Positions 49,682 through 62,410 of a DNA stretch of 64,000 bases are shown here, in pieces; the first letter of the stretch is position 1; each line of letters begins with the position of its first letter. The translations under genes were made by a program, and so were the position numbers. The notes beneath the pieces are model-generated. The model was not told the origin of the DNA, ran no database searches, and was given only the letters and a program-made list of their open reading frames with translations. Origin of the DNA: Felis catus (taxonomy: Eukaryota); the NCBI RefSeq assembly GCF_018350175.1, contig NC_058369.1:23934001-23998000 (forward strand), given 5' to 3'.

Positions 49682-50837
49682 GTCTTAGATATCTATGATT
49701 TGTTATTCAGACTTGACACTCCATGATATTGGAACCTCATCTATCTTGTGCACTCTGGCTTCTAGAAGAGTACTGAGTACATAGTAAGTGCCTAAAATAT
49801 TTGTTCAAGAAATAAGTAATTTTACTTTGTACTTTAAAAAAAATGTTTGAAGATACCATTGTACAAATCATCCTTTCATTTTTTAAAAAATTATAATGCT
49901 TTGACTCCTTAATCTTTGATCATTGTTTACTCAGAGGAGTATTACAGTTGCCTCCTTCCATCTTACAGTTCAATTTTCTGGCAACATCTGTCACAAATTT
50001 CAACATGGAGTTTTGGGGGACTATTTCTGACTAGAAAATGGCTCTTCTGGTGTCTTTCATTTAGTCCTTCTTTCCACTGAGGAAGTCTTGTCCCAATCTC
50101 CATCACTCCTGCCACATTCTAGATACCCTATAAGACCCCACAGCCCTGGGAAAGCCTCTGTATTGGGTATTTTCTTTGTACACAAGTCCCAGGACTAAAA
50201 CCTGGTCATGATCCTATTTTGTCTTTTTTTAATTCCCATCACCAGACCAGGCCCCCTCCAGATGTTTGAATAAGATGGTCATTATTTGGATCTCAGAGTT
50301 TCCTCCTTTTCACTGCAGGGATTTGTATGGACTTTTCTGGGCCCCACTAATGGCAGGGAGTAGGAGCTTCTGTTGGAGGCTCAGTCAGACATATGAGCAG
50401 CAGAAATGTCAGGGAATATGTCCACTTTCCAGAAGAAAGCCAGGGCAGCCTGGACTATCAACAGCAGCGTTCAAATCCAGCTTCACACAGCCTGTCTCCT
50501 TCTGGATAACATCTTGAGACAGTAGACATGCTTGCCGTTCACAGCTAGTGCATATTTGTACATAAAGTCAAGCCAAAGAGGCTGCACAGCCTTCAAATCA
50601 GGGAAAGCCCATTTGCTACCAACTCCAACTTAACTACCACACACCCAAGGTAACTGCAATATTTTACCCCACTCTGCCCCAAATTGAAATGTCCATGTGA
50701 GGCTTTTTTAATCTAAACAACCTAAGAAATCATTAGTAAGAAAATTGAAGATTGATAGTAAATTATGCTGCATATCTACATTTTTATAGCTATATGCTGC
50801 ATTTAAAATGCTGATTTTAAAAAAATGTGAAAATGTC

Positions 50838-51328
50838 TGTTTGGAGGCAATTCTCCATGTGTCTCATATTTCTGCACATTTTACAAGCAAAGGCACTACC
50901 TTTTCTCACAATTTTTCCAGAATGTTTGTATAGTGAATACCCTTAGAAGACAGAGGTAGTTTCTCCCTTAGGATCAAAGGGAAGACATGCTTACTGCCCT
51001 TGTCTAACAGTGTGTCCTTCCAGAGCAAAGGGCAGGCATGTTAACTGCCATTATAAAAGATTCAGATTCCATAAGCACAGGGTTGTTGTCTTGTAATGCA
51101 ACCCACTGCATGTACAGCTTTTCATCTGGCCCATCTGCCTTGCCTCCCTGGGACTTGAGGATAGGAGAATTGACATAAATACCCTGATACTGCTCTCTGC
51201 ACCTTGAGCAATGAAATCTTTTGTTTCTGACCTCAAAGTCTCTGGTCATCTACCATAATCCATGAAACTGAGAGCCAGGCTAACATGCCAGTAGGGAAAA
51301 ATCTCAAAATCCCTACAGTTCTTGATGT
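50838..51328 (+). mobile_element. ERVL-type solo LTR (LTR40-like)
   Basis: Begins TGtttggaggcaattctccatgtgtctcatatttctgcacatt, has an internal duplicated caaagggRaGNcatgNtNactgcc motif and ends ...ccctacagttcttga. Family name from memory. Confidence 0.6.
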
Positions 51329-52314
51329 TCATATGTATATGCAAGAAAATCCCCCAAACATAAAAATAGGAAGGACAGACACCAAAATGCTAATAGTCAT
51401 TATCTCTCATGGTTGTGAAATGGATAAGCTGGTTTTTGCTTTTTTTTCTGCTTAAATCTTCCTGCATTCTGTCTCTCTCACAAAATATCATAAGAGTAAA
51501 CATTAAGAAATTGCAAATAAAACTTTTCAGTCACTAAATAAACTGCAGGTACATGCTTCAAATACTTGGCATATGTGAAATTTGTTCATTCTCCCATCAA
51601 GGTATTTATGTTCCCTCTGTCCCTCTTACTCTTCATGCATAGGTAAGTGCACATACACATACTTTAACGTACACACATCTGGTACAGTCTACACCATCTC
51701 CCCCCTTGGACAGTTGTAATCATTGTCAAAGTAGGCTCCCTGTGTTCACTTTTATGCTCCTCTGTCCTATAGTCCCTTTTAATCCATTTTCCTCTTTCAG
51801 GTCAATATTCAGAATTACACAGCTTTAAAAACTGTTAAAAAGTCATCATCAATCTAAAGAATGACCCTCCTAAACTCCTTTTGCCCCATAATTCTATAAT
51901 TTAGGCTTTTCCAAACCTAACACTTATTTCTTTGCTTGTAATATCATTGAAAGTCCCAATGAATTATTTTCTAATTATCTGTCAATCTGTCAATCTATCT
52001 GTCAACCGTCGATCACAAAACATGTATCAATTCCTAATTCTCTACAGATGATACTACTAAACATAGCCCCAAATACTATTATTATTATTATACTCAATAC
52101 ATTTAAAATCATCTTTATAAAAGTACATTTAAAACCACTACTCATCAACATAATTAATATTCATAGAAAATAACCCATTTTGTTCTTTGTAATATTTTCC
52201 TTAATTTTTTTATTTTGTTTTGTTTGCTTTTGGCTAACAAATCTGTTTTATGAATACTGGTATTATACAATCATAGAACTCTGTTATTAGTGTAACAAGG
52301 ACACACAGACTCAT

Positions 52315-52357
52315 TTATTTTGTTTTTAAAGTTTATTTATTTATTTTGAGAGAGAGG

Positions 52358-52399
<42 letters not shown>

Positions 52400-52554
52400 A
52401 TGTGCATGTGTGTGAGTGGAGGACGGGCAGAGGGAGAATCCCAAGCAGGCTCTGCACTGCTCTGGGCTCAAACTCAGGAGCCGTGAGATCATGAACTGAG
52501 TTGAAATCAAGTCAGATGCTTAACCAACTGAGGCACCCTGGCACCCAGGCACCC
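52315..52554 (-). mobile_element. Can-SINE with (TG)n expansion
   Basis: aagtttatttatttattttgagagag, (TG)n ~52360-52412, gagaatcccaagcaggctc...gcacccaggcaccc. Confidence 0.9.
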
Positions 52555-52832
52555 TTAGAAACCCTCATTTAAATATTATCCATAACTATGATAATTTCTC
52601 TTAAAATAACCTGATTGAAACCTACATTAAATAATTCCAGTCTATTTAAACCAAATAGTAATTGGTAGAAAAGTATATAAAGCTAGAAAAATATGAATAC
52701 TTCACACTTCAGGATATTTGGAGAGATGTTCTAACTCTGTTAAGGCTGTATCTGGCCATTACCTATTTGTACAGGGATGCCAGGCAAACCAAACTCTTGT
52801 AGGCTGACACAACCATTCCATTTGTGTGTGTG

Positions 52833-53044
52833 TTTTTTTAAATTTTTTTAATGTTTATTTATTATTGAGAGAAAGAGCATGAGCAGGGAAGGGGCAGAGA
52901 GAGGGGGGGACACAGAATCTGAAGCAGGTTCCAGGCTCTGAGCTGTCAGCATAGAGCCTGATGTGGGGCTGGAACTCACAGACCGTGAGATCATGACCTG
53001 AACCGAAGTTGGACACTCAACCAACTGAGCCACCCAGGCGCCCC
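52833..53044 (-). mobile_element. Feline Can-SINE
   Basis: Full body ending gagccacccaggcgcccc. Flanking CATTTGT repeat at 52819 and 53045. Confidence 0.95.
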
Positions 53045-55884
53045 CATTTGTATTTTTTTTAAGCAATAAGATTTATGAAATGAGTTTTAAATAATTCTTT
53101 ATAAAGCTGATACATTTCAACTAATAATTTAAATTGCTGTTAGCTAATTCTGCACAGTTATGGATCTTTATTATTCCTGCATTAGAAGTCAGGGGCTTTT
53201 TGAGGGTAAGGGATACTGAACATACACCTTTTTAAAGATGAAGCTCATTTGCCAGCCCTGTATCAGAGTCTACACTTTTTGCAATTCCCATAAGGAAATT
53301 TGCTAATACATCTACTTAAAGCACCTTATGACAAATACTGTACTGAAAATAATGGCAAACATTGTAATAAATCAGGAAGCTTAAATGTTGCCCCCCCTTT
53401 TTTTCCAATAGGGAATTTTGATTCAGCCTTTCAAAGTCTGGGAAAACTGAAATATTTGCAGTTTTAATGCCTCTTTTACATCTACATCTTTTAAAAAGTG
53501 TTTAAGCATAAAGGGTATATCCATGATAAGACATTTGGATATAAACTGGAAACACAAAGAAAACTTATTATTTCCTCCATCAAGTGAATCACATTCTAGA
53601 TTCAAGACCAGATTTACATTGCTTCAGAAATTGTTACAGTCCCATCAACCTGAGGAAAGTTTCTATAAGTCTAAAATCACCTTCAGCACTTAAACTGTCC
53701 TTTCTGTTCACAGAAACACGAAAAGAACATATTTCCTCATCTTTAGATAGTTAGTGGGGTTAAGTATATGCCAAAGGCTTGCAATGTTATCTTTAGAACA
53801 CTGAAATGCTTCAGTATACAATTACTAAGGTGATCTGTCTATGCCCTAAGATGTAGCTTAAAATATGAAAAGGAAGCCCAAATAAGCTAGAAAGGAAGAT
53901 AAGATAATGCAAAGAGAAATAAATCTATAAGAGTCTGCTGAATGCCAAACTAAGAAAGGGGACTATAGACAGCATTTTATCAAAGTGCAGCCTAAACAAA
54001 CGTCAAAGGGAATAATTTCTTTAACAAATATGGGCAACAATGAAGTAAAAAAGGGGGGGGGAATTCTGTGCCCTCACACACATTTAGTCAGGGTTAACAA
54101 TGGATAAAAATATGTGCAAGAACACATTTAATAACCCTATGCTGTCATTCAGTTTGTAGGAGGTAGTCAAGATACAGCTAATAAAACACCAAAAAAAATG
54201 GTTTTAGCCACCCTGAAAAAAAAGAAAAAAACCTCAATGGAATAAAACAAAAGAGGACCGAAGGGTGTCTCCCACCAAGATAAATGCCTTCTTTTGAGTG
54301 TTGCCTGTGGCTAACCTTCTCAAAGAGAGCTGCAGAATCCTCTGACGGTAATACATCACTACATCACTTATCACAGTCAATTTAAAAGGGAGCTTTATAA
54401 ACATTTCTATTTCACTCCCTGTTGCTGTCGCTCTATTAATGATGACTTGAGCTCTGAGAGAGGGTCCAGAATTAATTTTAGGAATTGTAAATGAGGCAGT
54501 CCAATTAGGAACTGTTATAAATTGGATGGGGGAAAAGCATTAACACATTTTTTTTCTTGAGGGCTCTTGTTTTAGTTAGTTGGCCCATCTTTAGGAACAC
54601 ATTCAATTACAAAAGCAGATGCTTAAAAAACGCATTCCATTAAGAAATGTTTGGATAATGACATGTAGGGGAGAACCTACATTATGTATGGTGCTCAGCC
54701 CGCAGTCATGTTCTAATCATACTGTGGGAAAAAAAATTCCGCTCAATCAACTTTTCCCAGTTAATTACTGTTTTCTTTCCCTCATGACCCTGAATCTTCA
54801 ACCGTAAGTTCAGTAGGAGGTGACTTAAGACAGACGGTGACGAAAGATCCTGTTCAAAACAGCCTCTCTCTAACCCCTAGGGTGAGGATGGGTGGAGGTT
54901 TGCTGGGATCAACCCTGGGGATAGATGCTCCTTTCCCTAAATTTTAAAAGCAGGATTTTTAAAAAAGCAACTTGAGAAAGAAAAGTCTTGTGATATCAAT
55001 TAATATCAACACTACCCACCAGCAGAATGATGGATTGTGTACACAGAAGGGCCCACGCAGAAAGCAAAGCTGCTCACACAAGGTGGGGCCCACAGGGTGA
55101 GATATATTTGAACAACCACAAGTTCCGGCAAGGACAAAGAACAGACCAGATTTGTAAAGGCCAGGCTTTGGCAGCCCAGACTTCTTAATGCGGTTTACTT
55201 TCTGTTGCCCACCTAAAACTGACCTCAAGAAATAGTTTACTCCAATTATGGAGAATTTTGTCTTTGAAACCTAATAGCACATGACTGGAATTTCCTAACG
55301 CAGGGGCCATGAAGTCTTATGGAAGCTCTTTGCTCCATGCAGCAGCTTCTATCCCCCTACTCACTCAGGACGTGACCTAGGTAGGTACCTGGACCATCCT
55401 TGGATTCCTCCAAGTGCAGCTAGGCCAGGAAGCTCTGAAGTGGCAACACAGAGTGCTTCAGGACACTAAGATGGCAAATGCTGGTACCACTTGGCATCCT
55501 GCTACAAATAGGTATCTGGGAGTCTGAGGCCAACTTTTCTGATATAGACAAGGTCCAAGGCCAGAGTAGGATCAGTGCCAGGAAGAGCTACTACCCTCAT
55601 CTTAAACTGCTCTCTCCATTCCCATCCCTTGAGAGAAGTGATAAAAAGGCAATGAGGGATGGGAGAAGCCCCTCTTGGAGTCCTGGTAGAAGACATGAGT
55701 GTGATACATTACGGAGTACTGTGTCACACACACACACACCCACACACACACACCAGAGATATGAAAATACTTATTTTGATTACCGTAGCCTATTATGATT
55801 TCTTGGAACTTACCTACACAAATAAAATATCACTCACATCATTAAGATTTGATTATGGTACTTGATTAAGGTACTTGATTTAGT

Positions 55885-56120
55885 ACCTGAGCTTTGGAAT
55901 CAAATATATCTGGGTTTGAATCTCAGCAATATCTGTTGTTTCTGCGACCCTGGGAAAGTTACTTAATGACTCTGAAAGTTAGATGTCTTCACAATTGAAC
56001 TAAGAAGGATGATAGTAACTCTCTCTTCAATCTTTGTGAGAGTTAAATGTGATAATGAATGTAAAGATTCTGTTCAGTGCTTGACGTGACCATACAAATG
56101 TTAGCCAATTATTTATTATT
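55885..56120 (+). mobile_element. MIR
   Basis: gctttggaatcaaatatatctgggtttgaatctcagc...gaccctgggaaagttacttaatgactctga...gtgagagttaaatgtgataatgaatgtaaag. Confidence 0.75.
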
Positions 56121-56312
56121 ACACAACATAGATCCCACCAAATGTAAAGATTCAAGTTTTGCATTATTTTCTATCAGGCTCCCCTTTATACTAAACATTC
56201 TACACATGCCAGTGGGTTTCTAATTTTCAAGACTGACTCTGAAATTGGTTTCTGTTAGGTTGCACATTTGACTTTTATGAAATGGGGTATGTTTTGCAAA
56301 CAAATTAGTGAT

Positions 56313-56690
56313 TTATTGATTGATTTAAATTTTGGTTATTTAACATACAGTGCAATATTCGTTTCAGGAGAATTCAATGATTCATCACTTACATTCAACA
56401 CCCAGTGCTCATCACCCATCTAGAGTCCATCTCCCACCCACCTCCCTCCATCAACCCTCAGTTTGTTCTCTATCATTGAGTCTCTTGTGGTTTGTTTCCC
56501 TCTCTCCTCTTCCCTCTGCTTCCCATATGTTCCTTTGTTTCATTTCTTAAATTCCACATGAGTGAAATCACATGGTATTTGTCTTTCTCTGATTGACTGA
56601 TTTCACTTAATAGCCTAATACATTCTAGCTCCATCCATACCATTTCAAATGGCCAAGACTTCATTCTTTTTGATGGTTGAGTAATATTCC

Positions 56691-56725
<35 letters not shown>

Positions 56726-57468
56726 TATATGCACACACACATATATAAAACGTGTATACACATGCACACCAAACACATCTTTATCCATTCATCAGTCAAT
56801 GGACATTTGGTTCCCTCTATAGTTTGGCTATTGTTGGTAATGCTGCTACAAACAGTGGGGTTCATGTACCCCTTTGAATCTGTATTTTTGTGTCCTTTGG
56901 GCAAATACCTAATAGTGTAATTGCTTGATCGTAGGGTAGTTCTATTTTTACATTCTTGAGGAATATCCAGAATGTTCTCCAGAATGGCTGCACCAGTTTG
57001 CATTCCCACCAACAGTGCAAGAGGATTCCCTTCTCTCTGCATCCTTGCCAACACCTGTTGTTTCTTATGTTGTTGATTTCAACCATTCTGAGAAGTGTGA
57101 GGTGGTATCTCATTGTGGTTTTGATTTGTATTTCCCTGATGATGAGTGATGTGGAGCATCTTTTCATGTGTCTGTTAGCCATCTGGATATCTTCTTTGGA
57201 AAAGTGTCTATTCATGTCTTCTGTTCATTTCTTAACTGGGTTGTTTGTTTTTTGTGCGTTGAGTTTGGCAAGTTCCTTATAGATTTTAGATACTAACCCT
57301 TTATCTGATATATCATTTGCAAATATCTTCTCCCATTCCACAGACTGTCTTTTAGTTTCAATGATTGTTTCCTTTACCGTGCAGAAGCTTTTTATCTTGA
57401 TGAAGTCCCAATAGTTCATGTTTGCTTTTGTTTTCCTTGCCTTTGGTGATGTGTCTAATAAGAAGTTC
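56313..57468 (-). mobile_element. 5'-truncated carnivore L1: ORF2 C-terminal (Cys-rich) remnant plus 3'UTR
   Basis: Minus-strand peptides [39 protein letters not shown] and [55 protein letters not shown] are canonical L1 ORF2. Broken by stops, frameshift and a (TA)n insertion at ~56691-56730. Confidence 0.95.
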
Positions 57469-57823
57469 ACAAATAAATTTAAAGGAGAAAATAAAGCTTG
57501 AGTATTAACACAGTTCGTTCATCATAGAGGAGTTGCATCCTAAGCCAGCCAGGTCTGACTTGCAATAACTGTTCAATATCATTCCATCCAAACTGATAGG
57601 AAAGGCTGCACAAAAGTGGGCAAGATGTGATTTCATGCTGCATGAGAAATGGAAATGTGTTTTGAAAGGTGACCTTTTAAAAGTCAAGGTCAAGTGCAAA
57701 ATCTAACCAAAGTCAAACAACTTCAAACAAAAATTCTTCCATTAAAAAAAAAAACTTAAAGAAATGGTAAATTTTGAAGGCAGAGAGTGCAAGTGAAATG
57801 AAGAGCCTCTGACCCTTCAGCAG

Positions 57824-57893
57824 GCACACCAGGCACACACACTAGCACACCAGGCACACACACTAGCACACCAGGCACACACACTAGCACACC
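57824..57893. repeat. 21-bp minisatellite, 3.3 perfect copies
   Basis: Unit GCACACCAGGCACACACACTA at 57824, 57845 and 57866, plus a partial copy at 57887. Confidence 0.95.
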
Positions 57894-58210
57894 TGGCGTT
57901 AATGTATAATTCTCATTCATTCTCATTATTCTCATTCAGTGATGAGAAGGCTTCTCTCTTGACCACTTAACTCTGCCAATGTAGCTTTCAATGTGAAATA
58001 CACCCAATCAGACTCCCTGGAGGTATTATTGGTGACTGATAATAAGAAAACTAAATACATCTAGACTTCACTGTGGGCCAGAGCTTTGCCCAGCACCCAC
58101 CTAAACTAAACCTACTGTCCATGGATGATTAGTTACTGTCAAGACACTTGCCTTATCACGTTAACTTTTTGGTTGGAAATGAATAATTTCCAGAAAATAA
58201 GTCACTGATC

Positions 58211-58349
58211 TTATATCTATATATCTATATAGATATCTATATATCTATATATATAATATATAGATAATATATATAATATATAGATAATATATAATATACA
58301 TATAACATATATAATATATATAACATATATATATTATATATTATATATA
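58211..58349. repeat. AT-rich low-complexity (TA-type) tract
   Basis: tatatctatatatctatatagatatctatat...ataatatatagataatatat... Confidence 0.9.
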
Positions 58350-59070
58350 CCCCCTAAGATAATATATTTTAGTTTTCCCTCTACTGTATATTTAAGGCTG
58401 CTAAGATTTGTTAGTAAGTCTTTGCACAGAGCAGCAAATTGCCCTCCTACATCTTGAACTAAATATTTCCCTTCTTAATTTGAAATTTTTGTGTTAAATC
58501 AAACCTCCCTTTATTTATGCTTACATGGAATAGAATATTCCCATAGGCTAAATTATAATGAAAAACAAAACAGATCGTCATGTCATTGCTGTAAGAGGAA
58601 TATGAACAGAAGGGGGCACATTCCAGAATTTTGTTAATGCAACATTTGAAGAAAATTGAATTAGGTTCTATAAAGCAGAACTTTGTAGAAAGAAATAAAA
58701 AAAAAAATTAAGTTGGATGGAAGCAGCTCCATTGTGAAAGTTACTATTCACAGGAAGGAAAAAGGCAGTGCTGCTTCTACACTGGGGGAAGGGAACAGAG
58801 TGGTGTGTCTGTATGTGCCGTGGGTAACTGTAGCGGCCAGCAAAAAGCAGGTTTCCAGAAGGGGCAGGAAGCCATGATATCTGATATGGAGGAGAAGTAA
58901 ACAGATTCCCATCAACTTGAGCTGTTCTCCCTTGCTGTGCCTGCCACAGAAACTGCACAGCAATTTGGGACAACCGATAGGAGTCCTCCTTTGGTAAGCT
59001 GATGGCTTTTAAAGAGATTTCAAAGATGTAATTCCTCAAGTAAATCTCTTTGAGAAGCCTGGATTTTAGG

Positions 59071-59090
59071 TCTGCCATCTCGTGGCCACT
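59071..59090 (-). promoter_or_regulatory. Candidate CTCF site
   Basis: Minus strand AGTGGCCACGAGATGGCAGA closely fits the CTCF core TGGCCACYAGRKGGCRS. Confidence 0.55.
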
Positions 59091-59411
59091 GCAATAAATA
59101 CTGCCTTTTTCCATTTTTTCCCAAAGTAATTACATCTCTACCATCTACATTCTAAAAGAGTACCACAGAGGGTGGTTATTAACAAAATAAACATTAGCCA
59201 CAGAAGCGCTCCATGATGCATAAGGAGCCACAGGGCATTTCACATTCTGATCCTCCTTCTGCACACATTTTTCTTGAGGGAAGCCTAGATTGAAATTATC
59301 ATTTATCAAATTATCAAATAAACATTCAGTATAGGATTGGCCCTGCTGAGAACTTTGTTAATAGGTGACAGGCATATTTTATGTGTTTTTTCCTTTTAAG
59401 AGAAAATTTCA

Positions 59412-59611
59412 GGGCACCTGGGTGGCTCAGTCATGTAAGCAACCAACTCTTGATTTCAGCTTGGGTTATGATCTCACAGTTCGCCCACATCGGGCTCTGA
59501 GCTAACACTGCAGAGCCTGCTGGGGGTTCTCACTCTCTCCTCTCTCTCTGCCCGTCCCCTGCTCATGCTCTTTCTCTGTCTCAAAATAAATAAATAAACT
59601 TTAAAAAAGAG
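59412..59611 (+). mobile_element. Can-SINE
   Basis: gggcacctgggtggctcagtca...aaaataaataaataaac. TSD AGAGAAAATTTCA / AGAGAAAACTTCA. Confidence 0.93.
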
Positions 59612-60916
59612 AGAGAAAACTTCATGGACACATAGTTGCTTTCAAACAAATGAAAGTCTCAGCATTTCTGTACCTGTCATACATGAATTTGCTTTGAGAA
59701 GATACAGAATAAAATAGATTGTAAATCCAAAGGGGATTCATACCTGAAACCTAGGATGATATGTTTTTTCTGGAAAAAACTTAAAGTCTAAATGACAGAG
59801 ATTAGAAATACACACTTCAACACCGTGAAGAAAAAAAGTGAGACCAGATTTACAGCAGTTATATGTTGGTAAGAAATTGCTAAAATGCTGCCATGAAAAC
59901 ACACTGAGTCTGTCTAAGGCACACTCACTAACCACTTGTTGCAGGTGTCAATGGGAGACAGAGCAAACGATGTGGCTATTCTCCGCAAGGTCTCACTGAT
60001 GAATGATAAGCTCTAAACTAAAAAGAGAGGCAAAAGCATATTCCACAGCCACAAATTAATTTCAGAGCCCAAACTACAGGAGTATAAAACTATGCATACA
60101 CATACATACACCTAAAGTATTGCATTGCTAAGCAACTAATTTAAAAGACATACACAATGAGGTGCTACAAAGATCAGCCAGTGAACCCAGAAATAATGAG
60201 AAGTTACATCTGTTAGTTACCCGAAATTTCTGAATTCATGAATATAATATATGGGACACTACCAGCATGCTGCTTCTCAGAGGTGGAGGGAACGTGAAAC
60301 CAGACAGCGGATGCAGAATGAAAGAGTCTGGTAAACTACCTGAAAGCACTCCACATCTGGAAAGAATCGTGGGGGAACCAGCCCAAGACACAATGGTATA
60401 GAAAGCAGTCTCAGATTTACAGTATGGGTGGCCTTGTGGCTCATGGAAGTGAAATTTCCAGTTCGGGAGGAGCGATCGCTTAGAAGCAGGAGTATTTCTG
60501 ATGTGAAATTAGGATGTCCACTCCCAAGAAACTTGAGTGGACATGTTCCCCTGGGGTGGCTGTTTACTGACCACACAAGTAAGAATAAACCAACCAGATG
60601 ATCAGAGTCCAGTTCTTCAATTCTTTGAACACATATCAACTGAGTGCCCACTGCATACCAGGTATCAGGGAGGAAAGGACAAAGAAGACAGCCACAACTC
60701 TTGCTTCTATGGAATTAACCATACGGTAGACCCCAAAGACTCTCCATCTACATAGTCATGATGGGCTGACCCTGAATGGTGCCACAAACCACAGAGAAAT
60801 ACTGTTCTATTTCTGTCAGTAACAAATACCAGATCATCAACAAATACCAGGCAAAGAAGAGATCCATGAATCCTGCTTACCAACTCAAAGTCTGGGCATA
60901 AGAATTCACATGGCAA

Positions 60917-61126
60917 GGGGTGCCTGGATGGCTCAGTCAGTTAAGCGTCTGACTTTAGCTGAGGTCATGATCTCTCTCGTTCATAAGTTCAAGCCCTCTG
61001 TTGGGCTCTGTGCTGACAGCTCAGGGCCTGGGGCCTGTTTCATCTGTGTCTCCCTCTCTCTCTGCCCCTCCCCCACTCACGCTCATTTTTCTCTCTCTCA
61101 AAAATAAATAAAAACATTAAAAAAAG
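60917..61126 (+). mobile_element. Feline Can-SINE with perfect 15-bp TSD
   Basis: TSD AGAATTCACATGGCA at 60901-60915 and 61127-61141. Confidence 0.95.
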
Positions 61127-61295
61127 AGAATTCACATGGCATGCTCACCCACATGCATCAAATACTGGAATAATTGACTTAGAAGCTCTCTCCCATCCTG
61201 TTCTCTTCCTTCTGAATGTCCAGTGTGATGCAGCTGCAATCCAGAAGCTCAAAATAAACAAATAAACAGAAACCCAACACCTCATATTCACAGCC

Positions 61296-61378
61296 ATCAG
61301 GCTGAATGATATGAAGTGAATTTTTTTGTGAGTCAGAAACAGTCAAATATCAATGATTTTGTGTAGTTCAACCTAACA
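61296..61378. mobile_element. MADE2-like element
   Basis: atcaggctgaatgatatgaagtgaatttttttgtgagtcagaaacagtcaaatatcaatgattttgtgtagttcaacctaa resembles the recalled MADE2 consensus. Confidence 0.6.
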
Positions 61379-62224
61379 ATCTTCTTCTATAATAAGCAGC
61401 TTTATTAGTTCTTCATCTGCTTGTTTATAATACACCTCCATAGATAATTTTAATTCTTTATCACTTTCTAACCTGAAAGATTTAAAAGATTGAGGCTATT
61501 TCCTCTCCACAATATCAAACTATTAATCTTACATGCACCCAAAACTAACTACCAGAAACAACCCAGCCTAAAGGAGAGAGCCTGCTACACAAATCAGAGC
61601 AAGAGGAGGGGAACTAGAAGCCCAGAAAGGTGACAAATCCCAGTCCCTTACTGGGTGCCCCCAGACCTGGGAAACCACTTAGTGAGAATCTTCCTGGTGA
61701 CCAGATCCCAACCTAACACTGATTACCATTCACTGAGATACTGGCCTGGTGACTGATTGCTTTGAGATCAGATCATCTATCTCCCAGGACAGCCTTGAGG
61801 CTGCCCTGTGCCCCTGAACCGCAGTGGAGTACCTTCCTTTAGATTTGAACTTCAAGTCATAGGACATAAGGCAGGAGTCAAAGAAGAAGGTGGCTACAGA
61901 ATGCTAAATTCCCATTAATAAGAGGACCAATAAAGGAGCATCCTTGAGGATGGTGATACAGTCATGTGTGGTGGCATGAAAGGACTGTCTAATGTCAATC
62001 CAATGTCAATCCATGTCTTTACACATATGTGAAGAGAACTTACTGTGGACAAGTATTGTGCTAGATGCTATGCAGAAACAATAAGGGGTATGGCTTGCAA
62101 ACTGTTCTGGTAAGGAAAACAAATGTATATGAAAAATTAAATCACAAAAGACAAATAATAGTCAATTAATGCCTCCATTGTTAAGACGGAGGATTAACAA
62201 TTATTAACAGTTATTACTTTGTTT

Positions 62225-62410
62225 GCTATGTGCATATGTGAGGTGTGAGTAAAGCATGTAGTTTCATTTAGTCCTCTCCAATTATCCTCTGAAAAGAAAG
62301 TTATTATTATTCTTAAGTTGAATAAACTGAGTCTGAAATTTAAGCACATTGCCCAAAGTCACATAGCTTTTAAATGGGGAAACTAGAATTTGAATCCAAG
62401 TCTGTGTGAT
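62225..62410 (-). mobile_element. MIR
   Basis: tcatttagtcctctcca...ttattattattctt...aaactgagtctga..ttaagcacattgcccaaagtcacatagct...gaatttgaatccaagtctg. Confidence 0.7.

Larger units (their letters stand above)
48715..49820 (+). mobile_element. L2 fragment interrupted by a Can-SINE
   Basis: caccaccatctactgagtaacccaagctccaaacctagaagtcatccttgatttcttccctctc... resumes after the SINE with gtacatagtaagtgcctaaaatatttgtt. Confidence 0.7.

Noticed and set aside
55850..55888. 13-bp imperfect triplication (TGATTAxGGTACT)
   Set aside because: Short, degenerate slippage product with nothing suggesting function.
56473..57470. Three long minus-strand ORFs
   Set aside because: These are fragments of decayed L1 ORF2 and 3'UTR, not a host gene.
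57824..57893. Direct repeats as a CRISPR-like array
   Set aside because: The units are head-to-tail with no spacers, in a mammalian context. This is a minisatellite.
58668..59114. 148-aa minus ORF in unique sequence
   Set aside because: No recognisable homology, non-ATG start and no convincing splice sites identified. A codon-conservation test (PhyloCSF) would be needed to revive it.
59162..59176. Second CTCF-like CCACAGAGGGTGG
   Set aside because: One base short in the core relative to consensus.
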